Below, in pieces: positions 12,901 through 25,930 of a DNA stretch of 64,000 bases; the first letter of the stretch is position 1, and every line of letters starts with the position of its first letter. The position numbers and the translations under genes were made by a program. Origin of the DNA: Camelus ferus (lineage: Eukaryota); the NCBI RefSeq assembly GCF_009834535.1, contig NC_045696.1, positions 41,666,001-41,730,000 on the forward strand. Reading direction: 5' to 3'. The notes under the pieces were generated by a model. That model searched no databases, was not told the DNA's origin, and worked only from the letters and a program-made list of their open reading frames with translations.

Positions 12901-14635
12901 GAACAAAACTAGAGGCATCACACTTTCTGATTTCCAACTATATTACAAATTGACAGTAAATAAATCAGTACTGGCATAAAAATAGACACATAGACAAATG
13001 GAACAGAATCCAGAGCCTAGAAATACACTCTAGCAGATATAGTCAACTAATATTTGACAAGGGAGCCAAGACTCAATGGGGAAAGAATAGTGTCTTCAAT
13101 AAATGGCACTGGGAAAATTGGACAGCTACAGGAAAAAAAAAAAGAAAGAAAGAAAGAAAGAAACTGGACCTCTACCTCTGCTATACATAAAAATCAACTC
13201 AAAATGAATTAAAGACCTAAACCTAAGATCTTATGTAGGAAAAAACACAGAGAAAAAGCTCCCTGACATTGGTCTTAAAATGTTTTTTTGGAAATGACAC
13301 CAAAAGCACAAGCAACAAAAACAAAAATCAATGAGTGAGACTACATCAAACTAAAAAAGGTTTGCCTAGCAAAAGAAAACAATTAACAAAATGAAACCTA
13401 TGTAATAGGAAAAAATATTTATAAATCATATATTTGATAAGGGGTTAACAGCCAAAATATATCAGGTACTCACACAACTCAGCAGCAAAAACAAAACAAC
13501 CAAAGACATTTAAAAATGGGCAAAGAACCTGAATAAACATTTTTCCAAAGAAGATTTCAAATTGCCAATAGATACATGAAAAGATGCCCAACATCACCAG
13601 GGAAATGCAAATCAAAACCACAATAAAGTTCCACCTAACATCTGTTAGAATGGCTATTCTCAAAAAGACAAGAGAAAAGTGTTGGTAAGGGTGTGGGGAA
13701 AAGAGAACCCATGTGCCCTGTTGATGGGAATGTAAATAGTTATAGCCATTGTAGAAAACAGTACTGAGGTTCCTCAAAAAATTAAAAATAGAATTACCAC
13801 AGAGGGGAGGCTATAGCTTAGTGGAAGAGCACATGATTAGCATGCACGAGGTCATGGGTTTGATCCCTAGTATCTCCATTAAATAAATAATAATAATAAA
13901 TAAACCTAACTACCTCCCTTTATAAAAATGGAATTAACACATGATCCAGCAATCCCAGTTCTGGATATATGGATAGAGGAAATTAAATCAGTAAGTGAAA
14001 CAGATACTTGCACTTTCATGTTCACAGCAGCATTATTCACAATAGCCATGATATGGAAATAACCTAAGTGTCCATCAACAGATGAATGGCTAAAGAAGAT
14101 GTGCTATGTACACACAATGGGATATTATTCAGCCATGAAAAAGAAATCCTGCCCTTTGTGACAATGTGGATGGACCTTGAGGGCATAACGCTAAAGTGCA
14201 ATAAAGCAGAAGAAAAAGACAAAAACTGCATGATATCACTTATATGTAGAATGTGAAAAAGCCAAACTCATAAAAAAAAAATCGCAGAATGGGGTTTTCC
14301 AGGGGCTGGGGTTGGGGAGATGGAGAGATGTCAGTCAAAGGGTACAAACTTGCAGTTACAAGCTGAATAAGTTCTGGGTATCTGATGTACAACATGGTAA
14401 CTATAGTTTACTGTGTTACATACTTGAAAGCTGCCTGAAGAGTTTATCTTAAATGTTCTTATCACCCCCCGCCCCCAAAAAAGGTAATTATGTGAAGTGA
14501 TGGAGGTATTAACTAACTGTACTGTGATAAGTATTTCACAATATATAAGTGTATCAAATCATCATATTGTACACCTTAAATTTATACAACACTGTATGTC
14601 AATTATATCTCAGTAAAGCTGGGAGGAATAAAAAG
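9950..14635 (+). mobile_element. Degenerate long L1 (ORF1, inter-ORF, ORF2 RT and C-terminal part, 3' UTR) with internal deletion and nested insertions
   Basis: ORF1-like peptides (KIAVLRKINELQ; KERILKAPREKK...IMLSVDFSA) and ORF2 peptides ([11 protein letters not shown]...[19 protein letters not shown]...[12 protein letters not shown]), many stops and frameshifts; 5' boundary uncertain. Confidence 0.9.
13802..13922 (+). mobile_element. tRNA-Ala-derived SINE (Vic-1-like) inserted into L1
   Basis: ggggaggctatagcttagtggaagagcacatgattagcatgcacgaggtc...; flanked by taaaaatagaattaccaca (13783-13801) and taaaaatggaattaacaca (13923-13941). Confidence 0.85.
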
Positions 14636-17600
14636 AATGAACCAGATGGAGAGAGCAAGAGTTCAATTCCACATAAATGAAAAGACAATAAATTGAAGTC
14701 AAGAATGTAGAAGTAAAAAAAAAAAAAAAATTAAGTAAAAATACCAGCTTTTGTTTTGCCAAAGGCTTGGGTGATTTATAAGGCCATCTTTAGGTTTATA
14801 AAAATCTTATCTTAGGAAGCAGGGCTGAGCATACACGTATGTGTGAACATAACAAACAAATCAAATTTTATAACTAGAAAGGCTCTTAAGAATATTTAGT
14901 CCAACCTTGCCTATTAAAGATAAAGAACTGAGGTTCATGGAACCATCCCAGTGCTCTGTCCACTATACCAGACTACTCATTGAAGGAGATATACAAGTGT
15001 ATATACCCACATGGCAAAAGGATTCCCAGAGGAGAAACTGGAGCTGGCCGACTTGGCAGCCTAATTCTCATTCAGGTTAGCGTATGTGCGCAGATCTAAA
15101 AGACCCAGCTGAACACAAAGGAGAGAGAGGAGGCGGGACCATTTTCTATTCTTTAAATGTCTGCTATGTTGAATATGAAGGCTGTCTGTATGTAAGGAAA
15201 AGTTTCTTCCTGTCTCATTTTTTTCTATTATCTAAAACTACATATATACATTCAGTGAAAAGTAAGAAGGCCATCTGCTCGACACCAAGTACTGTTCCTC
15301 AGAATAGCAGTTATGATGATGACAGGTCATACCATACCAGGGAATTCACTTGTTTTTCTCTTACTTATTTAAAACCACTTCTAGAGATGTGTTAGAGTCA
15401 CTTGTGCTTCCAGTTGAGTCAGATATATTTGCATCCTTGTAAATTCTAAGTGCGCATTTTTTCAGACTTCCAGGAGAGATGGCTTAAGCCCTTTGACATA
15501 CACTTAAGAAACTGAGTTTTACCAGACAGATCCTATGACCAGACACACATCAGAAAGCAGCTGAATCCTCAATGAAAAAGAAATTCTCAAGAAATAAATG
15601 ACTTCAATATATCTATAAGCTGAATTCCTTTTCATTACATAAAAATTAAAACAAAACATTCTATCCTTAATAAGTCAAGTCACAAGTAAGCAACATAAAA
15701 TGTGCAAGTAAACAACATCAATTTTTAAATGAAGGAAGACCAAATCTTCCAAACAAGTACCCCCTAAAACAATGGCACAGCAATGAAGCTTTCTCATATA
15801 TCTTAAAAGGTGAACACATCCATGCCAGGAATAACACTTCATTTATTTTTATATGAATAGATGTTCCCATGGTAACAAATTCAACTTATGAATTCTTCTT
15901 TTAGTTCAATGTAGTATATTAACAGGTTTAATATTACCTTGGCCAGTTTCACTTCTGCTAATGCCAACTGAAAAGCTTACTAGTGCTATAGGAAGCTTAC
16001 TGTGCAACAAGTGATTTTCCAAATCAGGATGCCAAAAGGTGTCATATCCAATATCCCAACATTCTTACCTCTAAAATAATTGCTAAAAATCAAATCTAGT
16101 TAAAAAAAAACTCACTTCCACTAAAGAACAGAGGGGGAAATGGGGGAGAAGCAAGAACCAGACACTTCTAACTAATCATTCTTTTTTTTCATGCCTTATT
16201 ATCACCCATTAACATTCCAACATCTCCTCAAATTCAGAAAAGTAAGGAGTTGGCTTAAATGCCAATAGAACCACAAAACAGGCAATATAAATGGACAATG
16301 AGTCCAATTAGTCAGTGCTTGGTATCATTAAGGGTGTGGCCTCTTTCAGCCAAGCTCTAGACACTTTTTGCAATGGGAAATGTAAACTTAATGATACCAG
16401 ATCTCCTGGTTTTCCAAAGAAGTTGGAAACCTGCATTTTTATGCAAAAATCTCCTAATTTTTAAATATTGGCTTTTTAAAAAATTTAACCCCAAAGCACA
16501 CGCCTCTAGCTGGATCCAGATGGCTAGTCTCCAGGTTGCAACCCCGGCTTATACAGAAATCCTTGTCTATCCAACATCATTCTAAAACATCATCACAATA
16601 TTGTGGTTATTAGAGAGGCCCTGAGTAGAATGCGATTAGAAGACCGGAGACTAAAGGTGCCATGTTCACTGTGAATCACCACTCCTTGCCACCACACCCT
16701 GAATGAACTTCTATGACAGCACCACATTATTTGTGTAGAGGTCTGTCTACCACAACCAGACTGGAAACTTCTTGTAGGCAAGGCCACACCTTATTTGTCT
16801 TAGTTTCCTCAGCACTTGGCACATGAAAAGCACAAAATAAATATATTTGAGTGAATGAACAAATAAACACCAAATGAATGTAATCTCTGAGGTCAGTCCC
16901 CCTCTAACCATCTTTCTCCAACATGGAACTTAGTGAAAAGAGTATTTTCAGTGACTCCACATTTCAAAACTGAGTTGCTCTATAACTGAGTAGAAGTAAT
17001 GGCTGCACAAATTAATTGTTAAGCCAATTTGGGGCAGGCTTTCTAAATTTCCACTCCTGCATTAAAGCCAAGAAACAAGTATTTCAAATTAATCAACAAT
17101 TTATCTTCTGCCCCATGAGACAGAAAAGAAGCCTCAAGGAGTAGAAGGAAGCGGGGAATGTGGATTAAGGCAGCCTCCATTCTGTGTCTGTGTGATAATA
17201 AAAGATAATGTAGTCACTGTAGACAGTTTAGTCTCTAGTGTTGTTGGGGCTGTTGTTTTACCTGCACTTGAGGAAGCCACTTTCTATTCTACTGGATGCT
17301 TCCCTAGAGGTGACGTGTCAAGTGGAGGTTTGAAGGGGACAGAGGAGAGCCCAGGGCAGTTGAGTGATAAGAACAAAAAAGAAAATTCATTCCATGCTGT
17401 TTCTGTGCAAATGGGAATGTTTTCTGCCCAGGCGAAAAGGCAGCCTGACTCGGAGTCTCTCATTGGTCAGCTAGCCAGTGTTTCATTCTTCCTTCCCTCC
17501 TCTCCATACACACACTGCTCTATAAGCTTTGGAGTCTAAACTTTTTCTTCAATACAATCCTTGGGACAAAAATCTATACTCTGTACCTACATACATGAAT

Positions 17601-17963
17601 TTATAATCTTGGCTATAAAAACTATTTCTGTCTAACTTTTAAAGAACAACACAGTGGCACTCATAGCTTAATTATCACCAAATAAATATGAACCATAAAT
17701 AAGTTTTCTACCACATGTGGAGTCTGGCAATGCCAAATGTGTGGACTTCATTTAACTAACCATGCTGAAGGTTTAAATTTTCCGAATCAATATTTAGGAC
17801 CCGTGACCTGACAACTATGAATAACATCCCAAGGATGATGTAAGAAAATATTTGAAATAGGAACAGCTTGGGAAATTCAAGTTGCCAAAGTAAGCAGGTG
17901 AGTGTACCAAAGAGAGAAGCCTGAGGGCCTGGTTCTAGGCATGAAACACAGAAACATACTTAC

Positions 17964-18049
17964 CAAGATAGATGGTAAGGTTTCCTGAACACCTGAACTT
18001 TGTGTGTTCCACACCTGGTCTTCACTTTGGGGAAGTAAAATTCCTCTCA
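17964..18049 (-). CDS. IMPG2: IMPG2 coding exon 11
   Basis: 86 nt, AG 18050-18051, GT 17962-17963; VRGILLPQSEDQVWNTQSSGVQETLPSIL. Confidence 0.93.
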
Positions 18050-18412
18050 CTGAAAAAAGAACAATATTAAAGAACATTTTTAGTGGAGACACTATTGTAT
18101 TTGAGGTTCAGGGACAAGTGAAACCCAAGTTCCTCCTTTTTATAGCTCAGATTTGGGTAGAACAGATGGGGGGTACTTGCATAGAAAATGCTTGGTACTT
18201 TATTCAGATATTTGACTTGTATTCGCACAGTCTGTCTAGATTATAAGACTCCAACATAAAGAATCTTCCCATCATTACATGTAGGACACCCCTGTATTAC
18301 CTTCTTTCATTTCTCAAGCAGTTTTTACTCATTTCAAGATTCCCACGAAGTAGCTGTTTAAAGTGACTTTTTTTTTCATTTTAATAAGAAAGTTGAACCA
18401 TACAAGGACTTA

Positions 18413-19153
<741 letters not shown>

Positions 19154-20843
19154 CTAAAACATAGTTATTTATTGTGAAAGGAAAATATGAAATATTCGGA
19201 AATAAAGCAAACTGATGATTTGTGAGTTTTTAAAATATCATCCTAGAATATCTTCTAATATGATAGTTATCTAAGTCTCTCAGGAGAGGTACTTTTGTTT
19301 GACAGCCCAGACAATTTACAGTCCTATAAAGTTTAATACTGAATTGTAAAAGAACTACTAAGATGTGACGAGATTTTTGGCCTGGTAGGAGTGATAACTC
19401 CACAGTTTATGATTTTACTACCCTGTAAGGCATTAAGCAATGTTGTCTCTAATTTAGCAAACCTGTCCCAATTAACTATATAAATTTCTTTCAAACGCTG
19501 TAGAAACTAGCTCTCGTTTTCTTTCTGGCTCCCTCACTAATGAGTTGAATAAGACTTTGACAAGTGCTAAGAAGTAACTCTGTCTGGGAATGGGGCCTGA
19601 TTTTCACTCTCTCTCTTCCCACAAGCAAAGAGAAGATTTCTTGGAATAAAAGGATAAAGTGAAACAGTAGGAGTTGATGTGTCATTTGATAATAGTCATT
19701 TTGAAGAAATAACATTGGAATATAAGATTGTTAAGCCAATAGGACTTCTTCTACATTCTAACTCAGATTTCCCTAACAGCTAAAAGCTAACATTTTTGTA
19801 AGTGCTTACAATGTGACAGGTATTTCACATGCTTTATCTCATTTAATTTTCATAATAACCATATGAAGGTTTTATTAGCTTCAGATTATTGTTAAGAAAC
19901 TGAGCTTTAAAGAAGTCAAAAGACCTGCATTTCACAATATTTAGGGGGTAAAGATTCACACACAGATCTGCCTGACTCCAGCATGGCATTCTGAACTACT
20001 CTCAGTACCTTTAATTAAACTATTATCAGAAAAAAATCATTATGAGAATGGCTTTGCTCAAATCATCACCCTGGCTCCCAGCCAGTCTATGAGACACAGC
20101 CATCAGAGGTAGTGCCCAGCCAGCCACACCAAGATCCCTGTAGAGGAAAGAACACCACTTTCCCAAAGATAAGCCACTAAAATCAATGCGCAGTGGAAAC
20201 AATCTGCAACCTTCAGACATCCTACAGGAGCAAAATGATGCCCAAAGCAAAGCATACAAATAAATTCAGCACTCCTTCCTCTGAGCTCACTTATATATTC
20301 CTTGATTACAGCCTTTGTTGTTTTGTAAAAAGATTTTGCTTATAGTGACTGCTTTGTAGTCTCTCCTTGAGTTTCTGTCTCCAGTGTTTGGCTTGGTCCC
20401 TGGCACTAACGGGTACCCAATGCCTATTCATGTAACAGAAATCTATACTTGTCTGAATGCAAAGAGAAAACTGTAGCCTATTCAAGGTATTCATATATAT
20501 GAAAAAAAGAAAACAGTATCAGCATAATGAGTATGGTCTCATGGAGTCTAGAAAAGGGGTTAGTCAATTAATTTATGTTACTATTTAGTGTAAGTCTTCT
20601 GATCAGTGTATTGTGGCTTCCTTATAACACAGATTCCTAGGTTAGAGTCAGCTACAATAGGTTAACCTGGTTTGATGATCTCCCAACTTCCCTTCTCTGA
20701 TCTCAAGCCTGCAAAAGGAACTTTTGATTGTAACTCCCTACAGACTGTTGATGGGGAAAGAATGCATAAGCCAGCCAATGCACTAATTGGTCAGTTGGCA
20801 GACATAGTTCTTGCTTTAAATAGATCAACTTGCATCCTAGGGA

Positions 20844-21129
20844 ATGCATTGTACTTTGTGGTTTGGTAAGCATGAATTGGTCTTTAGAGACCTCTCCTTC
20901 CTGGAAGCACCGGCAGTTCTGGACCTGCCCTGGGCCTGGTTGCTGCAGATCACACCCTAGTCTACAGGGGATGCCATGCCGGCATTATGCATTGTACTTC
21001 GTGGTTTGGTAAGCATGAATTGGTCTTTAGAGACCTCTCCTTCCTGGAAGCACCGGCAGTTCTGGACCTGCCCTGGGCCTGTTTGCTGCAGATCACACCC
21101 TAGTCTACAGGGGATGCCATACCGGCATT
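20844..21129. repeat. Direct tandem duplication, 2 x 143 bp
   Basis: 20844-20986 vs 20987-21129, three substitutions counted by eye. Confidence 0.95.
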
Positions 21130-23796
21130 ATCCATCATCTGCCATACAAGCAGCCAGGCATGATGCTTCTGTCTCACTCTGAGGAACTTCAATAAGGTTT
21201 TCCTCCCAGATAAGCTGCCACTTCCAACAAAGTGGTTTAGGGAGCTTTAAAGTGGTAATTGAGCATTTTGACACTTTGATGCTCTACTAACTGGCGAGAC
21301 ATCTGCTTGTCTGTTGTCCAGAAGTTCCCTCAATCCCGTAATTTTTCATTTCAGAATATGATGATTCGTGGGTAATTTTGATCTTCTTTTGTAAAGAAAT
21401 CAATTCAGTAAAAAACACTAAAGTAACCAAATGATGGCCCCACAGTGAAATAAAACAGTAAGAGGGACACCTACTGGTCAGAACTCACCATACCACATTT
21501 GTCCCAGGCATCTAGCACAATGCCTGGCTCACAGTAGTTTAATACATACTTCTGAAAATAATGAAAAACAAATGTTCAACTTTATTCACTAATGCAGGCA
21601 GGTAAGACCATTGAATTTGTGCCACTTAATGACAGTATGTGATACTCCTGACTTAATCTGAAGGGTTTTTCGTCTCTAAATATGAAATATTAATTTTTCA
21701 CCCTAAAGAGCATACATATAACGTTCAGACATTTGTGTCCTCTGAGTAATCATTTTAGGGACACTCCTAGACAGCCACAACCCAACTCTGTGGGCATGTG
21801 CATGCTCTTCCCAAGCTCTGTGGAGTGGACCATGCCAACATCTCCAGAAAGACCAGCTTCTCCTTGGGGTTTTTGCCCAGTCTATTAAGATGTTAACATG
21901 GCTCTAAGACAGGAAGCAGTGATAAGGGAGGAAAAAAAAGAGAGAGAAGAAGAAAAGGCTGTGCCAGTTAGCACTTGAGTTGGTTCCCAGGCTGTAAAGA
22001 AAATCAGACAAAGAGATCAAGTCTTTACTGAAAGCCTACCATGTGCTCTGCATGCTTTTAAATGTCACAGGGAGAAGACCAAGAGATGTTCCTGGATCAA
22101 GAAATCTGTGCAAACCCGGCAGTCTGGTTTAGATTACTGGCCTTGTTCTTTATTGGCAAAATATAATTTGTCTTCCAATGTTTCTCTTGGACATCTAAAA
22201 ATAATACTTCTCATATAATCTACCTGCCTAGTGAGGATAAATTCATCAAAGAAGATAAAATGCCTCAGAGAGATACTGCAATTTACTACCAAGTTTTTGT
22301 CCTGGAAAGAGAATTCAAAGAAATGCTTGAAGTATCAGAAAACCACCTATTCTGAGATTGAAGAACTTCAGCGTAACAGACTAAGTTCTGGCATGGCAAA
22401 TGGGGACATCTCAAGATGCAGAATAGAATAAAGGAAAGCCAGCAGAACAAGGAAGCAAATAAGAAGCAGAATGCACACTGGTGACCAGACATGATATGAT
22501 TGAAGAAAGCTGTGCTGGCTTACTGCACTCAGCAACTCCAGATTAACCAACCACCAATATATCATCATCCCATGTCTTCTAAATGACACTGAAACAACTG
22601 CTACATAGAGGAAACCTTCTCTGTCTGACAGCTACTTCCAGAGACACCAATCTTGTGGAGGTGAAATTTACCATTTCCTATTCTCTCACCTCCAATGCCC
22701 TGATTGGCTGTTTGATATGAGCAGATTTTAAGTAGAAATAAATTATGACATTACATCTCATTTAGATAAATCAAGTTAAAGGTATTTCAGAGGAACTCAG
22801 ATATCCCTTCTTCTCTCACACTTCTGTTAGGAAGAAGGTGCATACTTACAAAGCCTGGAGTTGAAGTTTTGAAGCGTGTATACCAGGCAGATATTTTGTT
22901 GATTCACTTCAAATAGGTCCTACTAACTTAATGTGTGCATCTTGAAAGAGGTACAAGCAAACAGAAAATTTCACATGCATATAAATTTTGTGGAGAGAGA
23001 GAAAGGTTGTATACTATACGGACTATTTCTGTGCCACACATTCATTCATACACAGCTCAGAATAAAAGTATGCCAAAAAGTTATAAGTAAACTCTGTCAA
23101 CTGGTCACTATCTGACAACACTGAACAATTTTAAAAACTGTACCTAGGTTAACAATTCTATCATAAAATCTAATGACTTCATATTGAATTGCTATCTGTG
23201 CCGCTATAGAGAACTTAGCACTCAGCAACTGAATACCATTCTTTGATCATAGGGTTAACATTAGAGTTTGGATTGTTTTAACATTCTAATAAGGGCAGCA
23301 ATTAAACAATCAGGCCTTTTGACTGAATACTGACAATCAACACATATACCTATAATACATACACAAAGAGCAGTCTGCCTATAGTAAGAGTACAGACACC
23401 CAAATTCTGATTAACTTGGGTAAATATCTCATACCTTCGAGTCATATAACTTATGGCAAATCAATGTGCCTCTCTAAGACAAAATTTCCTCACCTCTAAA
23501 AGGAGAATGAATATTAACTCTCATTTTCACTATCTCACAGGGACATAAGGAAATAAAGCAAAAATAAATAAATAAAAGAACCAGTACTTTGATATATCTC
23601 TGAAAGCACTCTTAATTAGACCATGTGTTCCTAGAGGCTGGAGCCCAAGTATTATTCATTTTTACAGGTGCAGGGTTTGCCCAATTGCAGACGCTTAGTA
23701 AATACTTGCTAAAATAATATAAGTGAAAATGAAGAAGTCAGAAAGCCCTTTACAAATATAAGATATTATATTTATATCTTATATAAATGAAGGCAA

Positions 23797-24200
23797 AACA
23801 ACATGGATGGACCTGGAGGTATTACACTTAGTGAAACAAATCAGACAGAAAAAGACAAATACTATAAGTTATCACTTACATATGGAATCTAAAAAAAAAA
23901 AAAACGAATATAACAAAACAGAAACAGACTCACAGATACAGAAAACAAACTAGTGGTTACTAGTGGAAAGGGGAGGAGAGGGGCAAAATAGGGGTAGGGA
24001 CTAGGAAATACAAGCTACTACGTACAAAATAAATAAGCTACAAGGGTATATTGCACAGTACTGGGAATATAGCTAATATTTTATAATAACTTTAGACAGA
24101 GTATAATCTATAAAAGTACTGAATCACTTTATTATACACCTGAAACTAGTATAATATTGTAAATCTGCTATACTTCAATTAAAAATAAAAATATTTTTAA
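23797..24200 (+). mobile_element. L1 3' fragment
   Basis: aacatggatggacctggagg...agtgaaacaaatcagacagaaaaagacaaatac (TWMDLE region) through ctatacttcaattaaaaa. Confidence 0.85.
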
Positions 24201-24594
24201 AAGAAAATATATTACGATGAAGGAGTATTACTGTATCTCTAAATATAGAAACAGTTACCCTATGAATTTGCTTCGTAAATTCTATATTATGCTTATCAAT
24301 CTTCCAAGAGAAAGTCAATTTTAAATAAACTTGAATTCAAAGGCAAAAATACTTTCAAAAAGGGGGACTGACTATGCTTTTGTATTATGCTTCTAAGAAA
24401 TTCCAGAAAGCAGCTGTTTTTGCAAATGAACTATGATAGAGATCAGCTTTTTCCCCTTTATTTACCACTACAAGTGATATTTGATTATACCACTGAATGA
24501 TAACAGTATACTTGAAAGTGTTTACGTTAATGCCAATTTCATTCCAATTTTAAATTAAGTGTAACTCAATATTTTAAAGTATTTGTCAGATTAT

Positions 24595-24755
24595 ATTATA
24601 CAAAGAATATAGCCAATATTTTATAATTATAAATGGAGTATAACCTTTAAAAATAGTGAATTGTTATGTTGTACATCTGAAACTTACATAATATTGTAAA
24701 TCAACTATACCTCAGTAAAAAAAACTAAAATTTAAAAATAAAAATAAAATAAAAA
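24595..24755 (+). mobile_element. Short L1 3'-terminal fragment
   Basis: gaatatagccaatattttataat...tgtacatctgaaact...gtaaatcaactatacctca plus A tail; tatttgtcag repeated on both sides. Confidence 0.75.
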
Positions 24756-24782
24756 CTATTTGTCAGTCAGTAGTGTATGAGA

Positions 24783-25094
24783 GGAGTCTGTAAACTATAG
24801 CTTGTGAGCTAAAGCTAGCCTGCTGTCCATGAGTTAATGGATTTTATATTCTTAAATGTTTGAAAAAATCAAAACAACAATATTTTGTGATATATGAAAA
24901 TTATATGAAATTCAGATTTCAGGGTCCATAAATAAGTTTTATTAGAATACAATAAATGTTTTCAATGTATTGCTTATATCTACTTTCATTTGATAGTGAC
25001 AGAGTTGAATAGATGCCACAGAGATTGCATGATGTAAAAATTGTTTAAAATATTTGCTATCCAACTCTTAATAGAAAAGGTTTGCTGACTCCTG
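24783..25094. mobile_element. MER58-like hAT/Charlie MITE
   Basis: gaaaattatatgaaattcagatttcagggtccataaataag...aaaatatttgctatc...agaaaaggtttgctgactcctg end. Confidence 0.65.
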
Positions 25095-25231
25095 ATCTGT
25101 AAGGAGATGGACAGTGATACTGGCAAGGACAAAGGAACTGAGGCATGCTCCCTTTGACTGAAGGCTACCATATTTTCTAAACCACCTCTTCATTCAGTGA
25201 ACAGTATAGAAAGTGCCAAAAAGTACTCTAC

Positions 25232-25252
25232 CTGCCACTTTCCTTAGGGGAC
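25232..25252 (-). CDS. IMPG2: IMPG2 coding exon 9 (21-nt microexon in SEA1)
   Basis: tttcag|GTCCCCTAAGGAAAGTGGCAG|gtagag; phase 2-2, joins FR to SGVDV as (R)SPKESG(S). Confidence 0.9.
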
Positions 25253-25644
25253 CTGAAAATAAAAATTGAAAGTGTTAAACAGAGTTTAGGATAGTTATAA
25301 TTGTCATATAACTCATCAAAGTGCAAGTTCTTAACATATTTCCTCTGAAGTGTTTCCTTAAATGAAAATGCTTGTATAGTACCAGATAATGACAAATTTC
25401 TGTACATTGAAGGAAGTGCGCAAAAGTGGAGAAAGTGTTCTATTTTAAAATCAATAGTCTTTACTGTCTTTAAGCTTTGTTAAAAAATACTTCTAAACAA
25501 TTAATATATGGTTATCTCTTTATAAATAAACTTTTTCAGTAGATCAGCAGAAGACTCCAGTTGTTGGCATTAACAAAATTAGGAACACTTTTGGGGGGAT
25601 ACAATGTGTTCTGTGGTATTAAAATAAATGAAAAGGGAAGAAGT

Positions 25645-25795
25645 TTCTTTAGCACAGGGAACTATGGTCAATATCTTGTAATAACCTTTAATGAAAAAGA
25701 ATATGAAAATGAATATATATATATATGTATATGCATGACTGGGACATTGTGCTGTGCATGAGAAATTGACACATTATAATTTGCTATACTTCAAT
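25645..25795 (+). mobile_element. L1 3'-terminal fragment
   Basis: tagcacagggaactatggtcaatatcttgtaataacc...gaaaaagaatatg...ctatacttcaataaaaa. Confidence 0.8.
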
Positions 25796-25930
25796 AAAAA
25801 GAAAGAAAGAGAGAAAGAAAGAGAGAAAGAAAGAAAGAAAGGGAAGAGAAGAGAGGAGAAGAGAAGAGAGGAGAAGAGAAGAGAAGAGAAGAGAAGAGAA
25901 GAGAAGAGAAGAGAAGAGAAGAGAAGAAAA
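25796..25930. repeat. Polypurine microsatellite (GAAA)n/(GAAGA)n grown from the L1 A-tail
   Basis: About 135 nt of only A and G, directly visible. Confidence 0.95.

Noticed and set aside
20844..21129. Repeat considered as CRISPR-like array or repeated coding module
   Set aside because: Only two adjacent copies with no spacers; 143 bp is not a multiple of three; mammalian intron
22850..22919. Possible cryptic exon with GTAAGT donor in intron 9
   Set aside because: 70 nt breaks the frame and the acceptor lacks a pyrimidine tract
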